Shown piece after piece: positions 59,500-64,000 of a DNA stretch of 64,000 bases (position 1 is its first letter; each line of letters starts with the position of its first letter). This stretch comes from an uncultured Candidatus Binatia bacterium (GTDB taxonomy: Bacteria; Desulfobacterota; Binatia; UBA9968; JAJDTQ01). Both the position numbers and the translations under genes were made by a program. The notes beneath the pieces were generated by a model. It was not told where the DNA came from. It saw only the letters and a program-made list of their open reading frames with translations, and made no database searches. The stretch is from contig OZ244869.1 of the NCBI GenBank assembly GCA_965221155.1, positions 1,541,308 through 1,605,307 of the forward strand, given 5' to 3'.

Positions 59500-61056
59500 T
59501 CACGTTGTCCGATGCTCTTGCCGCAACAGGTCCAGCACGGTCTTCACCGGGGTGAAGGCCTCGGCCGGGACTTCGACGAACACCGTGTTCCATCGCGCCA
59601 TCGCGCCGTTCCAGAGCCCCGGATGCTCCAGTGCCTTGAGCTTGCGCCCGCCGCTGGACTTGATGGAGATGAAAGCGCTCCGCGGATCGCTGAAGCGCAT
59701 CAGGTCGAAGCACTTTCCTGAAGGGTCGCGGACGCCGCAGACCAGATCCACGGGATTGAAATGGGTGGAAGCGGCAAACGCGTCCCTCTGGTGCGGCTCC
59801 GCCATGTTCACCTGGGAGGACTCGACGACCTGAAGCGAGCACGCGCCGTCGGCGCCCCTGACCCAGAAGGGGCCGCCGCCCGGTTCGCCAGCCGACGGCA
59901 CCATGCCGCACACCCGGAGCGGACGGTTCAGGGTCTCCCGCAGGAAACGTGCCCGCTCGGCCGCGGGCGCGTGCGTAACGGCTTCCGGCGGCAAGACCGA
60001 CAGCGTGGCGCGGACGAAGTGGAACACCTCGTCGACGAACGACGGCGGCGCCTCGGGGCGGAGTCCGTCGAGGTAGTCGAACACGCGGGCCTGGAGCTCC
60101 ACCAGAAGGCCCGCCAGCGCCTTCCTGCAGCGGATGGCCGTGCCGTCATCCACGGCGACGTTGTCGATGTTCTGGATGAAGACGATATCGGCCCCGAGGT
60201 CGTTCAGGTTCGCCAACAGCGCGCCATGGCCGCCGGGCCGAAACGATAGCCTGCCGTCTGGTTCCCGAAAGGGCTGGTCGTCGAGCGTCGCCGCCAGGGT
60301 GTCGGTGTCGGGCCGCTGTTCCGACAGGGTCACGTCGAAACTCGTGTCGCGGTCCTCGTAGCGCCGCTGCAACGCGGCGACGTGCGCTTCCACCGCTGCC
60401 CGGTGCTCGGGGGAAACCGTGAAATGAACGCGCGCGGTCCCGTTACGGTCCCGCACATACGCCCGTGCATTTACCAGGTGCTCGGCTACCGGCGTGCGGC
60501 AGTCGTCGGGATAACGATGAAACGGGATGAGTCCTTTGGGAAGCCCGGCGTAGCCAAGTCCCCCGGCATCCAGGAGGCAGTCCAGGACCTCGCGGAACCG
60601 GCCGGCGTCGCGCAGCGGCTGAAGCCGTTTGCCGCTGTCCCCGAGCTTGGCCTTGAGGTCCGGATAGAAGGCGAAGTGATCGAGCCGTGCCATGAACTCC
60701 CGCAGCGCCGGGTATTCCGGCAGATCCCGGAGGTCCTCCACCGTCGCGGACTCATCCGCGGCCCGTTTCCTGGCTGCCAGCAGTGGCTGAAACATCCGGG
60801 TGGCCGCTCCCGACGCCGGGACGAATTTCGAGAACCGGCCGGCCCCGGCCGCCTCATCACAGCGCCGGCACAACCGCTCCAACTCGCCTTCGTCCAGGAC
60901 CGTGATGCCGTCGCCCCTGGCGCAGGGACGGTCCAGGACCACGTACGGCAGGCCTTCCGCAAGGGTTGCAAGATAGCCCGCGGCCCGCTCCGCGGGGATG
61001 CCGCGGTCCCGTAGTTGCTTCAGATCCCGCTCGGTGAATGGATGCGCAATGGGCAT
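59500..61056 (-). CDS. hypothetical protein, DUF4301-like (tentative)
   Basis: 518-aa ORF; N-terminus FTERDLKQLRDRGIPAERAAGYLATLAEGLPYVVLDRPCARGDGI matches my recollection of DUF4301 N-termini; the family name is not verifiable without a search. Confidence 0.35.
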   Translation of the reverse strand: MPIAHPFTERDLKQLRDRGIPAERAAGYLATLAEGLPYVVLDRPCARGDGITVLDEGELERLCRRCDEAAGAGRFSKFVPASGAATRMFQPLLAARKRAADESATVEDLRDLPEYPALREFMARLDHFAFYPDLKAKLGDSGKRLQPLRDAGRFREVLDCLLDAGGLGYAGLPKGLIPFHRYPDDCRTPVAEHLVNARAYVRDRNGTARVHFTVSPEHRAAVEAHVAALQRRYEDRDTSFDVTLSEQRPDTDTLAATLDDQPFREPDGRLSFRPGGHGALLANLNDLGADIVFIQNIDNVAVDDGTAIRCRKALAGLLVELQARVFDYLDGLRPEAPPSFVDEVFHFVRATLSVLPPEAVTHAPAAERARFLRETLNRPLRVCGMVPSAGEPGGGPFWVRGADGACSLQVVESSQVNMAEPHQRDAFAASTHFNPVDLVCGVRDPSGKCFDLMRFSDPRSAFISIKSSGGRKLKALEHPGLWNGAMARWNTVFVEVPAEAFTPVKTVLDLLRQEHRTT

Positions 61057-61111
61057 GGAGAAACAGGAAGCACCGGGCCGCCGACAGGCGTTCGATGACA
61101 GACCGCCGGGA

Positions 61112-61585
61112 TCACTTCCGTTGCGTGTTGCGGGTTGCTGTTTTCACCAACTCGTCGTCGGCGTCGTTCATGTAACCGCGGCATTGTCTGGCGCCGCAAA
61201 TACACCCGTACAGCTCTTCGCCCTGGAGCCGGTAGTCGAACGTGATCTCCTCGCCCTCTTCGATGGTCTGCTCGGCGATGAGCCAGATACGGCCGCGGAT
61301 GATGTCTACGTAGGTATTGCCGTCGCAGGAGTGGTTGGCGAAGCGCGCGTCGTTGCCGTTCACGGCCCCGTCCACGTCATACTTGTCGTTGAGGGTGAAG
61401 ATGTAGGTCAGCTCCTCGTCGTTCCGAGACCGGGTGGTGCCCTCGCCGGTAGAAATTTTCTCGCCCGTGTACTCGATGATGCGCCGCCCGTGCCGGATCT
61501 TCTCGCCGGCGAACAGCCCATCCCCGTGAATTCTGGACTTGCCCACGAACACCTTCGGAAGCCTGCGCTTCGATTCCTTTGCCAC
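61112..61585 (-). CDS. SET-domain protein (putative protein-lysine methyltransferase)
   Basis: ARFANHSCDGN (NHSCxPN-type), FDY, post-SET cysteines CICGARQC; GTG start 4 nt after GGAGGA. Confidence 0.75.
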   Translation of the reverse strand: MAKESKRRLPKVFVGKSRIHGDGLFAGEKIRHGRRIIEYTGEKISTGEGTTRSRNDEELTYIFTLNDKYDVDGAVNGNDARFANHSCDGNTYVDIIRGRIWLIAEQTIEEGEEITFDYRLQGEELYGCICGARQCRGYMNDADDELVKTATRNTQRK

Positions 61586-61734
61586 CGTTCCTCCCGGTCC
61601 CCTGACAGCGCTTGACAGTGGATGGTGTATAGCATTCCGCGGCCGGAAAGTTGATCTGCGAAGGGATGCCATGGACCTCTGGCAGTATTCTTCAAACTAT
61701 TGAATCAGCTTCTCAATCCGAGTAGTTTGTAATC

Positions 61735-61938
61735 ATGAAGACGACCATTGATATTCCGGACGCCGAGCTTGAGGATGCCATCCGGTTCACGAAGGCGAAG
61801 ACCAAGCGTGAAGCCATTGTCGGCGCCGTGGCGGATTTCAATCGCCGCATGCGCATGACCGAACTCACCAAGTATGCCGGCACGTGTGCCGACCTGATCA
61901 CGGTGGAAGAACTCCAGGACGCGCGCCGCCGGGATTGA
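61735..61938 (+). CDS. vapB: type II antitoxin VapB (PSK/Rv0623-like)
   Basis: 67 aa; MKTTIDIPDAELEDAIRFTKAKTKREAIVGAVADF; 3-nt gap to vapC. Confidence 0.65.
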   Translation: MKTTIDIPDAELEDAIRFTKAKTKREAIVGAVADFNRRMRMTELTKYAGTCADLITVEELQDARRRD

Positions 61939-61941
61939 CCG

Positions 61942-62316
61942 TTGATCCTCGTCGATACGTCATCGTGGATACACATGCTTCGTCCGAGCGGTGATCCCGC
62001 AGTACGCGCCCGCGTCCATGCGGCGCTCACCAGCGGGCAGGCTTGCTGGTGCCCGCTGGTGCAACTCGAACTCTGGAACGGCGCTCGCGGCCAACAGGAA
62101 CACAAGGTGTTGCGGGACTTTGCACGGACGCTGCCGGAGCTTCCGATGGACGAGCCGGTCTGGCAGGCAGCCTACGACATGGCGCGGCGAGCGCGGACGA
62201 CGGGCATCATCGTACCCGCCACCGACGTGGCCATTGCCGCCTGCGCCTTTCGCCACGGCACCGCCCTGGAGACGGCTGACTCGGATTTTGAGCTTCTGGC
62301 GTCGGTGACCAGATGA
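61942..62316 (+). CDS. vapC: type II toxin VapC (PIN domain)
   Basis: 124 aa; ILVDTSSWIH (first Asp), ...PATDVAIAACAFRHGTALETADSDF (C-terminal acidic residues); TTG start. Confidence 0.85.
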   Translation: MILVDTSSWIHMLRPSGDPAVRARVHAALTSGQACWCPLVQLELWNGARGQQEHKVLRDFARTLPELPMDEPVWQAAYDMARRARTTGIIVPATDVAIAACAFRHGTALETADSDFELLASVTR

Positions 62317-62329
62317 GTACGGGATCCGA

Positions 62330-62587
62330 TCACGGCGCGCGCCGCTGCCCGATCCACTCGCGTAGCGCCTCGTCGATCCGCGTCTGCCATCCACGCCCAG
62401 CGCCCTTGAAGTGGTCGATTACCTCCTGGGACAGACGGATGGTGGTTGACACTTTCGGCCGGTCCAGCGGAGGGCGACCACGCCGGATGGCGACCTTGGA
62501 GAACTTCTCCGGCCAGCCGTCCCGGGACAGATCCGGCGCGTCGCCCTGATCAGCAGCTTGGTACATGGATCGTTTGTCACCGTCCAT
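62330..62587 (-). CDS. brnA: BrnA-family antitoxin, orphan
   Basis: 85 aa; RGRPPLDRPKVSTTIRLSQEVIDHFKGAGRGWQTRIDEALREWI; no BrnT-like ORF upstream. Confidence 0.65.
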   Translation of the reverse strand: MDGDKRSMYQAADQGDAPDLSRDGWPEKFSKVAIRRGRPPLDRPKVSTTIRLSQEVIDHFKGAGRGWQTRIDEALREWIGQRRAP

Positions 62588-62886
62588 CGGCTTTCCTCAC
62601 GCTAACAAGCGTGCCATTGCGCTTCGTTGTGTCCAAATAGAAACCCGCCTAGGATAACCGTTACTACATTAATTGCGCTTCGTCCAATGGCTAGTTGGAT
62701 CAACGTGGTCGTGGCCTTGGACACGGCGGTGCAAACCGGCTCGCACGCCTTCGCCTCGAAATCAGGACGGCATTGAACCGCGACAAACATTCCGGCACAT
62801 TGTCTCGTATGGTCGCGGCCAGTGCGACAAAGGGTCGAGTCGAGAAGTATTGGATATATTGGCTCTGGCTCGTACCGGGAGGATCC

Positions 62887-63903
62887 ATGGCCATCACGAG
62901 ACTGAAGCTGGAACGCTTTACTGCCTTTGAAAGCCTCGATTTTCTACCGTCCCGTGGCATCAACGCCCTTGTGGGTGCCAATGGGACCGGCAAGACCCAC
63001 CTCATGAAGGTTGCCTACGCCGCCTGCGATATCAACAAGACGGGAGTCGGCTTTGCGGAAAAACTGATCCGTGTATTTATGCCCTCCGGTCGATCCCTCG
63101 GCCGGCTCGTCAAACGACGACAAGGGAGTACGGAGTGCCATCTTGAAGTTCGCCGCGACAAGAGGACGCTTAAAGCCAGTTTTTCCAACCATGCAACCGT
63201 TCCCGACTCGGCCTCCATCAATGGTGCGAAGGGGTGGGCGGCTCGTCCAGTTGACAGCGTCTACGTACCCGTAGAGGAAATGCTCGCAAACGCGCCGGGA
63301 TTCCGTTCCCTCTACGCGCAGCGTGAAATTCATTTCGAGGAGGTCTACGCTGATATTCTAGACCGCGCCTACTCGCCTTTCTTGCGCGGTCCTGTGGACC
63401 GCAATCGTAAGAAACTACTCGACGCTCTACAGAAGACGATCGACGGTAAGGTAACCACGAACAAGGAGGAGTTTTTCCTGCATAGCGGGCAAGGAAACCT
63501 CGAGTTCACACTACTCGCGGAGGGAATGCGTAAGCTCGGCCTGGTCTGGATATTGATTCAGAACGGGACTTTGATTGACGGCTCGGTGCTTTTTTGGGAT
63601 GAACCCGAAACTAACTTAAATCCGAAGCTCTATGGCCCGGTGATCGACATCCTTCTTAGCCTCCAACGGATGGGCGTGCAGATCTTCATCGCCACCCACG
63701 ACTATGCCATTCTCAAAGAGTTGGATCTACGGAAAGAAGAGAACGACGAGATCGCGTTTCATTCACTCTATTGTGATCCGGAGAGTCGCGAGATCGCGCT
63801 TCATACGGCGAATTCATACGTGGACATCGATCCCAATGCGATCTCCGAAGCGTTTGCTGACCTTTACGACCGGGAGGTCAGGCGAAGCTTGGGAGGTTTT
63901 TAA
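62887..63903 (+). CDS. AAA_21/ABC-type ATPase (OLD/RecF-like minimal ABC ATPase)
   Basis: Walker A GANGTGKTHLMK, signature-like HSGQGNL, Walker B LFWDEPETNLNP, H-loop IFIATHD; GGGAGG RBS 7 nt before ATG at 62887. Confidence 0.75.
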   Translation: MAITRLKLERFTAFESLDFLPSRGINALVGANGTGKTHLMKVAYAACDINKTGVGFAEKLIRVFMPSGRSLGRLVKRRQGSTECHLEVRRDKRTLKASFSNHATVPDSASINGAKGWAARPVDSVYVPVEEMLANAPGFRSLYAQREIHFEEVYADILDRAYSPFLRGPVDRNRKKLLDALQKTIDGKVTTNKEEFFLHSGQGNLEFTLLAEGMRKLGLVWILIQNGTLIDGSVLFWDEPETNLNPKLYGPVIDILLSLQRMGVQIFIATHDYAILKELDLRKEENDEIAFHSLYCDPESREIALHTANSYVDIDPNAISEAFADLYDREVRRSLGGF

Positions 63904-63905
63904 GG

Positions 63906-64000
63906 ATGCCGACCCTAACTGAACGTAATATCGAGATCGTTTTTCCTCCGGAAGTAAAGGCACGGAAATTCGACGACAGTTCACACGGGTTACCTTGCAT
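63906..64000 (+). CDS. partial CDS (5' end only), putative partner of the ATPase
   Basis: ATG 2 nt after the ATPase stop with GGGAGG upstream; MPTLTERNIEIVFPPEVKARKFDDSSHGLPC...; truncated by the window edge. Confidence 0.3.
   Translation, partial: MPTLTERNIEIVFPPEVKARKFDDSSHGLPC

Overview
High-GC (roughly 65-70%) bacterial chromosomal segment; no taxon can be assigned from sequence alone. Coding density is high and genes frequently use GTG/TTG starts. Many long ORFs in the six-frame track are antisense shadows of real genes, which is typical of high-GC DNA. The backbone is housekeeping and catabolic: recA, alaS, phoH-ybeY, prfB with its programmed +1 frameshift site, and a 1887-aa fused tandem UvrA-UvrA. 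Also present are an mrp/DUF971/SufT-like Fe-S gene trio, modABC, an RCK-gated K+ channel, a Rieske dioxygenase alpha/beta pair, hydantoinase A/B, beta-oxidation-type genes (SDR, two enoyl-CoA hydratases, two acyl-CoA dehydrogenases), TolC-like and BamD-like outer-membrane proteins, and an M23 peptidase with four OapA/LysM-like repeats. Three accessory patches stand out. (i) 1.7-7.0 kb: an RM-like island with a PD-(D/E)xK nuclease, a DUF1156 adenine methyltransferase, an HTH protein and a second beta-class methyltransferase. (ii) 46.8-51.5 kb: a decayed ~2 kb islet inserted at the 3' end of prfB and bracketed by an 85-bp direct repeat of the prfB terminus. It carries a frameshifted PIN toxin, a truncated FRG-domain ORF and an orphan RHH gene, and is followed by an IS630-HTH/HigA chimeric pseudogene with an 18-bp tandem duplication. 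(iii) 61.7-64 kb: vapBC, an orphan brnA, and an AAA_21/ABC-type ATPase whose downstream partner is cut by the window edge. A ParA-like ATPase / Schlafen-AlbA_2-HATPase gene pair at 25-27 kb is a further candidate two-gene module. Non-coding structure: two families of dispersed palindromic REP-like elements (six and two or three copies), a perfect 43-bp-arm inverted repeat at 11.6 kb, an ArsR-type operator palindrome, and a 34-bp palindrome upstream of a retropepsin-like protease. No CRISPR array, tRNA, rRNA or intact transposase/integrase was found.
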